From positions 1-64,000 of IMG/VR virus record IMGVR_UViG_3300007961_000135: 64,000 nucleotides of DNA. One strand, given 5' to 3'. The DNA is from a virus. Its lineage: Duplodnaviria; Caudoviricetes. Below, one piece after another: positions 43,379 to 53,167 of the stretch. Each line of letters opens with the position of its first letter. Positions within the stretch are counted from its first letter, which is position 1. Under the pieces are notes generated by a model, which was not told the origin of the DNA, made no database searches, and saw only the letters and a program-made list of their open reading frames with translations. A program made the translations under genes and the position numbers.

Positions 43379-44801
43379 TAAAGCGCTGATTAAATCCCTG
43401 CGCGGGCGTCAGCTGATTTATCAGAAAGACCCCGTACTCTTTGCCAAGGAAGTCGTTAATTACACTCCCGACGACTGGCAGGCTGATACGCTGCGCGATC
43501 TTGCAGACCCGGAATGTCACAGAGTCAGCGTGCGAAGCGGCCAGGGCGTCGGCAAGACGGCGACAGAAGCTATCGCCGTACTGTGGTTTTTGAGCTGCTT
43601 CCCCTTTGCCCGTGTCGTGGCCACCGCTCCTACGCGACAGCAGCTTAACGACGTACTCTGGGCGGAGATCGCGAAATGGCAGGCCAAGAGCCCGCTCCTC
43701 TCCGTTATCCTCAAATGGACAAAGACCTACGTCTATATGGCCGGCATGGAGAAGCGCTGGTTTGCCGTGGCACGCACGGCCACCAAGCCGGAGAACATGC
43801 AGGGCTTCCATGAGGATAATATGCTCTTCATCGTGGATGAGGCTTCCGGTGTCTCAGAGCCGATAATGGAGGCCGTGCTCGGCACCCTGTCCGGCGGCAA
43901 TAACAAGCTGCTGATGTGTGGAAACCCCACCCGGACATCCGGCACCTTTTACGACAGCCACGTAAACGCGAAGGTGCGGCCTCTGTATCGCTCCCGCCGC
44001 GTTTCCTCCCGGGAAGTGTCCCGTACCAATAAGGAAAACATCGAAATGCTGGAACGGCGTTACGGCAAGGACAGCAACGTAGTCCGCGTCCGCGTCGACG
44101 GCGAGTTTCCCTTACAGGAGGACGATGTTTTTATTCCGATTTCCCTCATAGAAAAATCTATCAACACGGAGTACGAGCCGAAGAAAGAGCCGCTTCATAT
44201 CCAAATAGGCTGTGACGTCGCCCGCTTCGGCGAGGACAAGACCGTGATAGGTTACGCCGTCGATGAAAAAGTTGATTTCTACCTCAAGCGCAACGGCCAG
44301 GACACCATGACCACCGCGGACAAGCTGGTGGAGCTCGGCGAAAAGCTCGTTTTGCGGTATAAGTGGCGCCACCAAATACCTATTTGCGTGGACGACGGCG
44401 GCGTCGGCGGCGGTGTCGTTGACCGCCTCAACCGTATCAAGAAAAATGACCCTGGGCGCTTCTGGTGGATGGAGGTCGTTCGTATTCAGTTCGGCAAGCG
44501 CATTAACCACCGCTACTATCACGACAGCACGACCTTTATGATGGGCGTCCTCCGGAAGCTCCTCGAAGATTATGAGGACGACGGTACCCCGAAGCCTGTC
44601 GAGGTCATTCTTCCCAACGACGACGATCTCGTAGGCCAGTTATCCAGCCGAAAATACTCTATGACCGAGCAGAGTAAGCAGAAGGTCGAGAGTAAGGAGG
44701 AGATGAAGAAGCGAGACCTCCCCTCTCCCGACGAGGCTGACTGTGTCCTGCTGTGTGTCGTGCCGGTCAGGTTAAAAGAAAAAGCCAAGAAGGAGGCATA
44801 A
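43371..44801 (+). CDS. terL: Terminase large subunit
   Basis: Walker A 'SGQGVGKT', Walker B 'FIVDEA', 'CGNPT', nuclease 'GCDVAR', 'SPDEAD'. Confidence 0.95.
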   Translation: MNDKALIKSLRGRQLIYQKDPVLFAKEVVNYTPDDWQADTLRDLADPECHRVSVRSGQGVGKTATEAIAVLWFLSCFPFARVVATAPTRQQLNDVLWAEIAKWQAKSPLLSVILKWTKTYVYMAGMEKRWFAVARTATKPENMQGFHEDNMLFIVDEASGVSEPIMEAVLGTLSGGNNKLLMCGNPTRTSGTFYDSHVNAKVRPLYRSRRVSSREVSRTNKENIEMLERRYGKDSNVVRVRVDGEFPLQEDDVFIPISLIEKSINTEYEPKKEPLHIQIGCDVARFGEDKTVIGYAVDEKVDFYLKRNGQDTMTTADKLVELGEKLVLRYKWRHQIPICVDDGGVGGGVVDRLNRIKKNDPGRFWWMEVVRIQFGKRINHRYYHDSTTFMMGVLRKLLEDYEDDGTPKPVEVILPNDDDLVGQLSSRKYSMTEQSKQKVESKEEMKKRDLPSPDEADCVLLCVVPVRLKEKAKKEA

Positions 44802-44805
44802 TCCC

Positions 44806-46422
44806 TTGGAGAGTGAAAAGAAACATCCGCGGGTAAACGTTCATATCATCAAAGCTTCAGGCCCGGTGCCGGAAGAAAAGCCGGTTGAAAAGGCTGAAAA
44901 CCCTACACAGCTTAACAAAGAAACCGAGCAGACCGCCGGCGAGTTCGTTACCCCTCCCTATCCTCTGCTGGGCTATAAAGCTCTGGTGAAAGAGTCGAAC
45001 ATCCTGCCTCAGTGCATAGCGGCCTATAAAAACAATATCGTCGGCTTCGGTATTGGTTTGCGCTATACCGTGGACGACGCCGATGAAACGCCGGAAATGA
45101 AAGCCGAATGGGACAGAGCGCAGGAAATAATCGACCTCCTCAACATGGACATGGACACCAAAGAGGTGTTCGAGGACTTGATAGAGGCCAGGGAAACATA
45201 CGGTATCGCCTATCTTGAAGTCATCCGCAATCCGGAGGGCGAAGTAAATCAGATTCATTTTGTCCGCGATACTCCGTCTGTAACAAAGACCTGCCCTCTC
45301 GACCCTCCCGAGGAAGCCGAATACAACTATAAGGGCACCAAGATCGTTAAGCGCCCCCGCCGCTTCTGCAAATACAGACAGAACGTCGGCGGAAAGACTG
45401 TGTACTTCAAAGAGTTCGGAGACCCCCGCGTCATGGATAACCGGTCTGGGGAGTACACAACTATCAACGAGGACGGAGAGGGACTCAAAGCCCAGTATCA
45501 AGCCAATGAAATCCTCGAATTTGCTATCGGTACTGAACTGTACGGAGAGGTCCGCTGGATCGGCCAGCTCCTCGGCGTTGACGGCGTCCGCAAAGCGGAA
45601 ACGCTCAATAACAGCTACTTCTCCAAAGGGCGTCATACTCCCCTCATGATAATGGTAAAGGGAGGTACACTTACAGACGACAGCTATAATAAGCTGCAAG
45701 AGTATATTGACGATATACAGGGAGAGAAAGGCCAGCACGCCTTTCTGTTGCTCGAAGTTGAGAACACGGATAACCAGGCGGGCTTTGACGAAACGAAAAA
45801 GCCCGAAGTCGAAGTCAAGGACCTCGCGGCCATTCTTCAGAAGGACGAGCTCTTCCAGGACTACATAGAGAACGGGCGGAAGCGCGTACAGTCCGCTTTC
45901 CGGCTCCCCGACCTCTACACCGGTTATACCACCGACTTCAACAGGGCGACGGCACAAACCGCCATGGAAGTCACGGAGGAGCAGGTGTTCCAGCCTGAGC
46001 GTAAGTCTCTTGCCTGGGTTATCAACAACCGTCTGCTGAACGGTTACGGCTTCAAATACGTCGAGGCATATTTCCTCGCTCCGGACATCAGCAATCCGGA
46101 CGACCTGTACAAGATACTCTCCATAACCGAGAGAGCCGGCGGCCTGACGCCGAACAAGGCGAGGACCATTATAGGCAAAGCCTTGGGCGAGGATGTTGAA
46201 AACTTCGAGGGCGAATGGGCGGATATTCCCATAGCCGCGAAAGATCTCATAGCCTCCCTTAATCCACAGGAGCCCGCCATGCCTATGGCGGACATCCTCT
46301 CACAGCTCACCGGCCAGATACAGAAAGCGGCCTCGCACAATGACGACGCCGTTGTCGCTGTCATGAAAGAGGTCAAGGCCGTACTGCTGAAAATGCAGGA
46401 GGGCGACAATGAAGCGGTGTGA
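44806..46422 (+). CDS. Portal protein, PBSX family
   Basis: Follows TerL; 'ETYGIAYLEVIRN', 'YGEVRWIG', 'FQPER'. Confidence 0.9.
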   Translation: MESEKKHPRVNVHIIKASGPVPEEKPVEKAENPTQLNKETEQTAGEFVTPPYPLLGYKALVKESNILPQCIAAYKNNIVGFGIGLRYTVDDADETPEMKAEWDRAQEIIDLLNMDMDTKEVFEDLIEARETYGIAYLEVIRNPEGEVNQIHFVRDTPSVTKTCPLDPPEEAEYNYKGTKIVKRPRRFCKYRQNVGGKTVYFKEFGDPRVMDNRSGEYTTINEDGEGLKAQYQANEILEFAIGTELYGEVRWIGQLLGVDGVRKAETLNNSYFSKGRHTPLMIMVKGGTLTDDSYNKLQEYIDDIQGEKGQHAFLLLEVENTDNQAGFDETKKPEVEVKDLAAILQKDELFQDYIENGRKRVQSAFRLPDLYTGYTTDFNRATAQTAMEVTEEQVFQPERKSLAWVINNRLLNGYGFKYVEAYFLAPDISNPDDLYKILSITERAGGLTPNKARTIIGKALGEDVENFEGEWADIPIAAKDLIASLNPQEPAMPMADILSQLTGQIQKAASHNDDAVVAVMKEVKAVLLKMQEGDNEAV

Positions 46423-47383
46423 CTGCGGGAAGCTGCTCAAGGCCATTGACGCCTTTATTGAAAAGGCGGAAGGCGACCTAAAGGACGAGCTGGCGGAGGC
46501 AGGTTTTGCCGAGGCCGGCAAAACGATTGACGCTATCAGCGCCCTGGAGGGAGACGTAGCAGCTGCTCTTATTGAGGAAACGGAGCTCTTCAACGCCGCC
46601 ATCGCGGAGGCCGGAGATCTCCAGACCTTTGCGCGTGACATCTGGCCGAGCCTGAAGGAGAACGACAAGCTGGCGGTCAAGCTGAAAGAGATATTCAAAA
46701 ACCGCTTCTCGGAGCTCATGCCCGGTCTTGTCGATACATACCTGAAGCAGACGGACAGCGAGCTTGCCGCCGACAGGATAAGCAATCTCACCCTGGGCTG
46801 GATCGAGGAGTGGAGCGGTCAGCTCGCGGAGCTCATGCAGCTCAACAGCCACACGGAGATAGAGGCTATCCTTGAAACCGGCCTTGCCAACGGCGACGGT
46901 ATCGCCGAGTTTGCTCAAAACATCCTCGACAGCGGTATCCGCGATGAATACTACAAGGCACGGCGGGTAAGTCTCACCGAGGTCCTGAGAGCTCATAACG
47001 TCGCCCACCAGGAGGCGACCATGCAGAGCCCGGTCGTCACCCACAAAATGTGGCGGCATACAGGCAGCTACCGGAACGAGCCTCGGGAAAACCACGTCGC
47101 CATGGACGGCCAAACGGTTGGCAAAGCTGAACGCTTTACGCTCCAAGGCCGGGACGGAGTAATCTACTATCCCATGTACCCGATCGACCCGATATTGCCG
47201 GCCTCCGAAAGTATCAACTGCCATTGCATAAGCGAAGACGTTGTCGACCCGAGCATTTTAGGCATGAGCCTTGAAGAGCGCCAGGCGCTCCAGCAGGAGG
47301 CTATCGACGCCATGGACGCCGAATGGGAGGCTGAGCTTGCCGCCATCGACGCGGCGAACAGAGCTAAAGCCGGAATCGAATAA
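46409..47383 (+). CDS. MuF-like head morphogenesis protein
   Basis: 'ARRVSLTE', 'KMWRH', 'RENHVAMDGQ', 'INCHC'. Confidence 0.85.
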   Translation: MKRCDCGKLLKAIDAFIEKAEGDLKDELAEAGFAEAGKTIDAISALEGDVAAALIEETELFNAAIAEAGDLQTFARDIWPSLKENDKLAVKLKEIFKNRFSELMPGLVDTYLKQTDSELAADRISNLTLGWIEEWSGQLAELMQLNSHTEIEAILETGLANGDGIAEFAQNILDSGIRDEYYKARRVSLTEVLRAHNVAHQEATMQSPVVTHKMWRHTGSYRNEPRENHVAMDGQTVGKAERFTLQGRDGVIYYPMYPIDPILPASESINCHCISEDVVDPSILGMSLEERQALQQEAIDAMDAEWEAELAAIDAANRAKAGIE

Positions 47384-47640
47384 CAGCCTTAAAAGGCGCC
47401 AAATGAAAAACGAGTTTAACTTTTCGGTCTCTGATAGTTAAACTCATTTTCTTTTGGGCATAAGCGAGGCTCTCAGAGCCCCTCAGAGCGCCACACGCTC
47501 CCCGGGGGATAGAGAACCATTACCCCGGCGCCTTCTCGCCGCGCTGTATGCGCTGAGAGGCCAGAGCGGGGCAAATTTCGTAAAAGAGCAGTCGGAAACG
47601 GCTGCTTTTTGTTATTCACCAAAGAAAGGGGGTGAATCGA

Positions 47641-48999
47641 GTGAGCAAGGTGCAGAAAGCAACCGCAATTTCTGACGCGAAAATTGGGTATGTCAGCCTC
47701 GTTGATAAAGCCGCTAATCAATGGCGATTCCTTATCACCAAGCAGACTGACGGATTGGCTCAGTTTTCCACATACAGCAAGATCCTCAAGTTCGACAGCA
47801 ATACCCACTACATTACCGGAGTTGTCTATGAGCCCATGGTCGAAGACGCCCACGGGGACTTTATGACCGCGGAAGAGATACAGAAAGCGGCCTACTGGTT
47901 CGCCGAGAATGGCGACAGTGTTGACATTCAGCACAGCTTTGAAAGCGTCGAGGGCCTGTCCGTCGTTGAGAGTTATGTCGCCCCCAGCGACCTCACCGTA
48001 GGCGACACGCCTGTGAAAAAGGGGACGTGGCTAATTACGGTCAAGTGTACCAACGACGACGTCTGGCAGGCTGTGGAGAAAGGTGAGCTTACAGGCTTCT
48101 CCATGGGCGGCGTCGGCAAATACAGCAAGGAGGATATCGACTTGGACGATGTAACCAAAACGGGCGGCGATACCGCCGAACAGAAGAACTTGTTCAAACG
48201 CTTGGCCAAGTTCTTCAACCTCGACGTGGTGGAAAAGGGCGAGGTCATGGATCGCTTCAAGGCAAACGCAAAAGCAGATCAGTTCTGGGACGCGATGTGG
48301 GCGCTGGAAGATGTGCTCTACCGCTATAACTGGTCAACCGACTGCTACGTGTTTACCGCCGACGAGGCAACCATTAAAGAAGCCCTGGCGGACTTCAACA
48401 GCATAGTCACCACCATTCTTTCAGAACCGGATACGGCCATTGTAAAGGCCGTTTCCCTGCCCGTCATCAAGGCGGGTAAAAAAATGTCCAGCACCAACAA
48501 GGCCAAGCTGGACGAAATCTGTCAGGCTCTTTCCGACTTTAAGGCCTCGTTTGAAGAGAACGAGGGCGACGGAGACGGAGAAGGCGAAACCATCACCAAG
48601 GAGGATGATAAAGAAATGAACAGAGCAGAAACCGAGGCCTTTGTAACTGAGGCCATCACCAAGGCGCTGACCGAGGCCGGCATTATCAAGGCCGCCCCCA
48701 AAGAGACGCCCGCACCCGCGCAGCCCGCAGCACCCGAATCCACTTCCGCTCCGGAAGCGGCCGCGCCTGACCTCGAGGCCATGGTCGAAAAGGCCGTCAC
48801 CAAGGCGCTTGTTACAGCCGGCATTATCGAGGAGGAGCCGGATCCGGACGCGCCCGTCACCAAGGCAGAACTTGAGCAGGTCGTTGCTGACGCAATGGCT
48901 CCCCTGCTCAAGGCTTTTCGTATGCCTCAGAACCTGAACGACGAAAAGCCGGTTGAGAAGCAGAAGGAAGAGACCCACTATCTGCACGGCATTCTGTAA
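47641..48999 (+). CDS. XkdF-like prohead protease/scaffold
   Basis: 'VSLVDKAAN', 'GVVYEP', 'DAHGD', 'TGFSMGG'; low-complexity scaffold C-terminus; GTG start. Confidence 0.85.
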   Translation: MSKVQKATAISDAKIGYVSLVDKAANQWRFLITKQTDGLAQFSTYSKILKFDSNTHYITGVVYEPMVEDAHGDFMTAEEIQKAAYWFAENGDSVDIQHSFESVEGLSVVESYVAPSDLTVGDTPVKKGTWLITVKCTNDDVWQAVEKGELTGFSMGGVGKYSKEDIDLDDVTKTGGDTAEQKNLFKRLAKFFNLDVVEKGEVMDRFKANAKADQFWDAMWALEDVLYRYNWSTDCYVFTADEATIKEALADFNSIVTTILSEPDTAIVKAVSLPVIKAGKKMSSTNKAKLDEICQALSDFKASFEENEGDGDGEGETITKEDDKEMNRAETEAFVTEAITKALTEAGIIKAAPKETPAPAQPAAPESTSAPEAAAPDLEAMVEKAVTKALVTAGIIEEEPDPDAPVTKAELEQVVADAMAPLLKAFRMPQNLNDEKPVEKQKEETHYLHGIL

Positions 49000-49034
49000 G
49001 GACTGCCACAGAGACAACAAAAGGAGGATAAAAA

Positions 49035-49976
49035 ATGCCTATTTCCAATCGTGCCATTGTCAGAAAGGCTGCCGCGATAGACACCGCTTCTCTCAGCGGC
49101 GGCGGTCTGCTCAGCAAGGAGCAGGCGAGAAAGTTCCTGAAGCAGACCTTTGAGGCCACCAATCTCAGCCCGCTGGTGCGCCACGAACTGCGCACCTCGA
49201 AGACCGGCGAGATCGACAAGATCGGTATCGCCAAGAGAATAGTCCGCAAGAAGATCGAGAACACCGACGACGGCTACCGTGCAAGCCCCACCACCTCCAA
49301 GCTCGAGTACGCCTGCACCGCTGTCCGTCTGCCCTGGGAGATCACCGAGGAGACCCTGCGCGAGAACATCGAAGGCGAGAACTTCGAGACTATCGTCGCC
49401 AACCTCATGACCGAGCAGATGGGCGTTGACAACGAGGACCTGTATCTCAACGGCGACACCTCTACGGCGTCCACCGATCCGGACTACGACTTCCTCAAAA
49501 TCAACGACGGCTGGATCAAGCAGATCTCCAACGGCGGCCATGTCGTCGACGCTTCCCAGAGCCCCTACAACGGCTCCATGAGCCTCGATCTCCTGTATGC
49601 CACCATGCAGTCTCTACCGAACAAATACAACAACGGCAAGCTCCGCTGGCTCATGAGCCCGAAGCTCGCCCAGGATTGGGAGAAATACCTCCTGAACCAG
49701 GTCATCAGCAATGGCGGCGCCGTGCCCGAAAGCGTATACAAAGGCCCTGCCGGTATCCCCATCGTACAGTGCCCCAGACTGACGAACACCAAGGTCCTCC
49801 TGACCGACCCGAAGAACCTCATCGTTGTGAACACTTACGCTGTGCAGATCCGCAAGACCACCGAGGGCAAGGAAGCCATCATGCAGGACAAGCGCTTCTA
49901 TGTGATTCACTATGATTACGACCCGATCATCGAGGAGCTCGACGCCACGGCTATCATCAGCGGCCTGGCCGCATAA
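49035..49976 (+). CDS. Major capsid protein (XkdG-like, HK97 fold)
   Basis: 'GGLLSKEQARKF', 'EIDKIGI', 'LRENIEG', 'INDGWIK'. Confidence 0.9.
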   Translation: MPISNRAIVRKAAAIDTASLSGGGLLSKEQARKFLKQTFEATNLSPLVRHELRTSKTGEIDKIGIAKRIVRKKIENTDDGYRASPTTSKLEYACTAVRLPWEITEETLRENIEGENFETIVANLMTEQMGVDNEDLYLNGDTSTASTDPDYDFLKINDGWIKQISNGGHVVDASQSPYNGSMSLDLLYATMQSLPNKYNNGKLRWLMSPKLAQDWEKYLLNQVISNGGAVPESVYKGPAGIPIVQCPRLTNTKVLLTDPKNLIVVNTYAVQIRKTTEGKEAIMQDKRFYVIHYDYDPIIEELDATAIISGLAA

Positions 49977-49985
49977 AGGAGGACT

Positions 49986-50456
49986 GTGATGTACCACCTC
50001 AAACTGATTAAGGCTCTTTCATACCACGGCGCCGTAACAGCGACGAGGGAAAAGCCTGACGTTTTTACCGAAGATGTGACCGCCGCCATGTCCGCTATCG
50101 AATCCGGCTATTTTGAGTTGGTCGAGGCCACCGAAGCGGACACCGTCACTCCGGACGAGGAGGATACCGAAGCGGCCGAACAGGACGCACAGGACGAGCA
50201 GAACGAAGTCACTCCGGACGAGGAGCAGGACGCCGAGGTCACGGATACTTTCTCCGAGACGTCGGAGGACGATTCGGAGCCCGCCGCCGCTCCGGACTTT
50301 GAAACGCTTGCCGCCATGACCAAGCAGGAGCTTATCGACTACGCGAAAGAGCGTGAAATCGATGTGGACAAATGCAAGACCAAGACAGACCTCCTTGGTG
50401 CTATCAGCGTCTTCTACGGCGGCAGCTACACCATGATAGACCTGCAGCATGAATAA
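49986..50456 (+). CDS. YqbF-like head-associated protein with C-terminal Rho-N/HeH motif
   Basis: 'LKLIKALSY', acidic linker, 'MTKQELIDYAK...KTKTDL'. Confidence 0.65.
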   Translation: MMYHLKLIKALSYHGAVTATREKPDVFTEDVTAAMSAIESGYFELVEATEADTVTPDEEDTEAAEQDAQDEQNEVTPDEEQDAEVTDTFSETSEDDSEPAAAPDFETLAAMTKQELIDYAKEREIDVDKCKTKTDLLGAISVFYGGSYTMIDLQHE

Positions 50457-50474
50457 CTGAAAGGAGAAAAAACA

Positions 50475-50870
50475 ATGAAAGTTCAGGGTAACGATCTCGG
50501 CGTGTGCGGCGTAGAGCAGCTGCTTCATGCCGGCACCGTCAAATACAACGACACCGGTATCGGTGACGGCAAGGCTATCTTCACCATTCCCCACGATTGC
50601 GTCATCACCCGCGTTGTGGCCGTGGTAGAGACTGCCTTTGCCGGGGCCACTTCTCCCGTGCTGATTTACGGCACCGCGGACGATGACGACGCTTTCCTCG
50701 CCGCCGGAGACATCACCGAGGGCACCGCCGGAGCCTACACCAAACAGCTCTTCTCTGAAATTGAGAAGGGCGACAAAATCTACGCCAAGCTCACCGGCAC
50801 CGGCACCTTCACCGCAGGTGTGGCAGAGCTGTACGTCTTTGCCGTCGGCATTCCCGAGGTGAACTCCTAA
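50475..50870 (+). CDS. Putative capsid decoration protein
   Basis: Beta-rich 131 aa in the head module; AAAGGAG SD. Confidence 0.55.
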   Translation: MKVQGNDLGVCGVEQLLHAGTVKYNDTGIGDGKAIFTIPHDCVITRVVAVVETAFAGATSPVLIYGTADDDDAFLAAGDITEGTAGAYTKQLFSEIEKGDKIYAKLTGTGTFTAGVAELYVFAVGIPEVNS

Positions 50871-50888
50871 CGGAAGGAGGGCGGCGTT

Positions 50889-51275
50889 ATGGCTGAAAGC
50901 CCATGGGTTACTCCTGCGGAAGTAAAAGCGTACAGCGACCGTCCTGAAATTGCGGCGAGAGCAGACACAAAGCTGGCCGTGGATATATCACGCGCAGAGG
51001 CCTACGTAAAAGCCTATACCAATAACACCTTTCCGTCAGAGAAGTACCCGACGATCCCGGAAGAGGTAAAGACCGCCGTCATTCTTCTTGCGGAGAATTA
51101 CGGCGTCGGATCCGTTAAGGGGACCGGCGGCATGAAATCGGAGACCTTCGACGATTACTCCTATACGGCCTCCGAAGGCTCACTTGTCGAAACGCTTGGA
51201 CTTGGCCCGCTGCTCGACGGCTACGTCATTGCGGCGCCGAAGAATGGCGTTACGATGAAGCTCCGCAAGCTGTGA
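50889..51275 (+). CDS. Head-tail adaptor (YqbG/DUF3199-like)
   Basis: 'WVTPAEVKAYS', 'KSETFDDYSY'. Confidence 0.75.
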   Translation: MAESPWVTPAEVKAYSDRPEIAARADTKLAVDISRAEAYVKAYTNNTFPSEKYPTIPEEVKTAVILLAENYGVGSVKGTGGMKSETFDDYSYTASEGSLVETLGLGPLLDGYVIAAPKNGVTMKLRKL

Positions 51276-51279
51276 GAGG

Positions 51280-51651
51280 GTGAACAGCGTGATTACAGAC
51301 TTTTTCGACCATACCTGCAATATCTTTCACCTCCAGACATCGTCTGCCTCTCCGGGCTATGCGCTGCCCGCTTCTCCCTCCCACTCTTACCCGACTGTGC
51401 CGGACGAGGAAGGCGTAAGCTGTCACTTCGGCGTGAAGGCGGCAACGGTGACGGTCACGCAGACTGAGCCGGCGAACATGCTGGACGCCAAAATCAAGCT
51501 GACGCTTCCCGTGGGAACAGATGTTCGATTGAACGACAGGATCGTGTGGAACGACACGGGCCTTGTCTTTACGGCGGAGGTGCCGCGCAATATCCGCGGA
51601 CATCACAAATTCGTTTACGTCAAGCGTGTTGACGCCCAGAGGCCGCTTTGA
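51280..51651 (+). CDS. Head closure protein (XkdH/DUF3599-like)
   Basis: 'FFDHTCNIFHL', 'DVRLNDRI', 'IRGHH'. Confidence 0.75.
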   Translation: MNSVITDFFDHTCNIFHLQTSSASPGYALPASPSHSYPTVPDEEGVSCHFGVKAATVTVTQTEPANMLDAKIKLTLPVGTDVRLNDRIVWNDTGLVFTAEVPRNIRGHHKFVYVKRVDAQRPL

Positions 51652-52169
51652 TGGTTACTCATATCGACATGGATCTCTCCGAGCTCAATGAGTTTTTTGA
51701 AAAGCTCGGTACCGCCGCGAAGGGAGATTTCAAGCGTGAGCTGTCATCATTCCTGGAGGCGGTCGGCTACGATTTTCTTAGAATCATGCACGACGAGATT
51801 ATCCGCCTCAAGGTTATGGACACCCGCCTGCTGCTGAGAAGCTTTGCGCTGGGTGGTGACAATGGCGTCTGGAAGCTGGAGGACGGCGGCCTTACCCTTG
51901 AGGTAGGCACCACCGTTGATTATGCGTCCTACGCCAACGACGGCCACTGGACGAATCCTAAAGGGACGGCGGCCCGATGGGTGCCGGGTCATTGGAACGG
52001 TGACCGCTTCACCTACGACCCCTCCTCCAAGGAGGGAATGTTGCTGAAACAGCATTGGGTGGAGGGCTCCCATTACTGGGAAAGCGGCCTCAGGATACTT
52101 GAAAAGACTTTTCCCAAGCTGCTGGACAGGAAGCTGCAGGAGTGGATAGACCGATACTTTGGAGGTTGA
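51648..52169 (+). CDS. HK97 gp10-family tail completion protein
   Basis: 'DTRLLLRSF', 'VGTTVDYASYANDGH'. Confidence 0.85.
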   Translation: MMVTHIDMDLSELNEFFEKLGTAAKGDFKRELSSFLEAVGYDFLRIMHDEIIRLKVMDTRLLLRSFALGGDNGVWKLEDGGLTLEVGTTVDYASYANDGHWTNPKGTAARWVPGHWNGDRFTYDPSSKEGMLLKQHWVEGSHYWESGLRILEKTFPKLLDRKLQEWIDRYFGG

Positions 52170-52172
52170 AAA

Positions 52173-52688
52173 ATGATAGAGCAGGAGCTTGCCAGTATCA
52201 TCATGTTCGTTCTTGCCGCATCCGGAAACCCGACCCCGTATTACTGGAATGTCCCGGAAGACTTCGTATTCCCCGCCGTGTTCTTCCCGACGCCTGAAAT
52301 CGACTCGTCCGGAGAGACATTCAGGACATATCGGCTGGATTACGTCTGGTATCTGAAATTCTTTCACACGACTACCCAGGCGGCGCACAAGATCGCGCGT
52401 GACGCCCTGGAGGCCATAAAGAAGGCTAGGAACCTCATACCGCTGATAGACGAAGACGGTGAGTATCTCACAGAGGGCATAAGAGGTATTCGCCTTGCGG
52501 AGGTGGCGTTGAAGCCGATAGACGACGGTGTGGTACAGCTGACGATACGATTTGCCAGCCGCAGGCCGTATGACGCGCCGGATTCGGAGCTCATGCAGCA
52601 CTGGATTTCCACCATCACGGACAAGACGGACGGCACGGAGATTGTCGTCGACAACGACGAAGAAGACGGAACGGAGGAGGACGAATAA
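52173..52688 (+). CDS. Tail terminator (XkdJ-like)
   Basis: Position before the sheath; 'FPAVFFPTP'. Confidence 0.7.
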   Translation: MIEQELASIIMFVLAASGNPTPYYWNVPEDFVFPAVFFPTPEIDSSGETFRTYRLDYVWYLKFFHTTTQAAHKIARDALEAIKKARNLIPLIDEDGEYLTEGIRGIRLAEVALKPIDDGVVQLTIRFASRRPYDAPDSELMQHWISTITDKTDGTEIVVDNDEEDGTEEDE

Positions 52689-52948
52689 TGGCAGGAGGAA
52701 CATTCGTAAAGGACGCCGGAAAGGTTCGCCCCGGCACCTATACCAATTTTGAGGACATTGACCCGAGGATCGTCCCCATCGGCGGAGGCGGCTCGGGAGG
52801 TGACGGAGGTGGAGGCCCAATCAAGCCCGATGATTACATTATCGGCAAAATCTTCGCTGTCACCACCACGCCGGACAACAGCACTTTAATAAATGACTTT
52901 GTTGCCGCAGCAGACGATGTCTACTGCGGCACCCTTGTCTATGACTAA
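52688..52948 (+). CDS. Mini-protein carrying a copy of the sheath N-terminal arm
   Basis: First 23 aa are 17/23 identical to the sheath N-terminus, then a Gly-rich linker and a short C-terminal segment. Confidence 0.7.
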   Translation: MAGGTFVKDAGKVRPGTYTNFEDIDPRIVPIGGGGSGGDGGGGPIKPDDYIIGKIFAVTTTPDNSTLINDFVAAADDVYCGTLVYD

Positions 52949-52963
52949 CAAGGAGGAATCACA

Positions 52964-53164
52964 GTGGCCAATAAAAACATCGAAGCGGAGCCGGTTGAAA
53001 AGGAGCAGAAGTTCCCTGTTTCCCAGCTCCAGAGATTTGCCTACGAGCTGTTCGACGTGCCGACCAGTACGTTCGTAGGCGCGACGACCGGCCTCAATGG
53101 TGAATACACCGTCGAGGAGGTCAGGAAAATCATTTCCGAATGGAAAGAAAAGGAGGCAAAGTAA
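52964..53164 (+). CDS. YkzM/YqzN-like small tail protein
   Basis: AAGGAGG SD; 'ELFDVP...EYTVEEVRKIISEW'. Confidence 0.7.
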   Translation: MANKNIEAEPVEKEQKFPVSQLQRFAYELFDVPTSTFVGATTGLNGEYTVEEVRKIISEWKEKEAK

Positions 53165-53167
53165 ACC

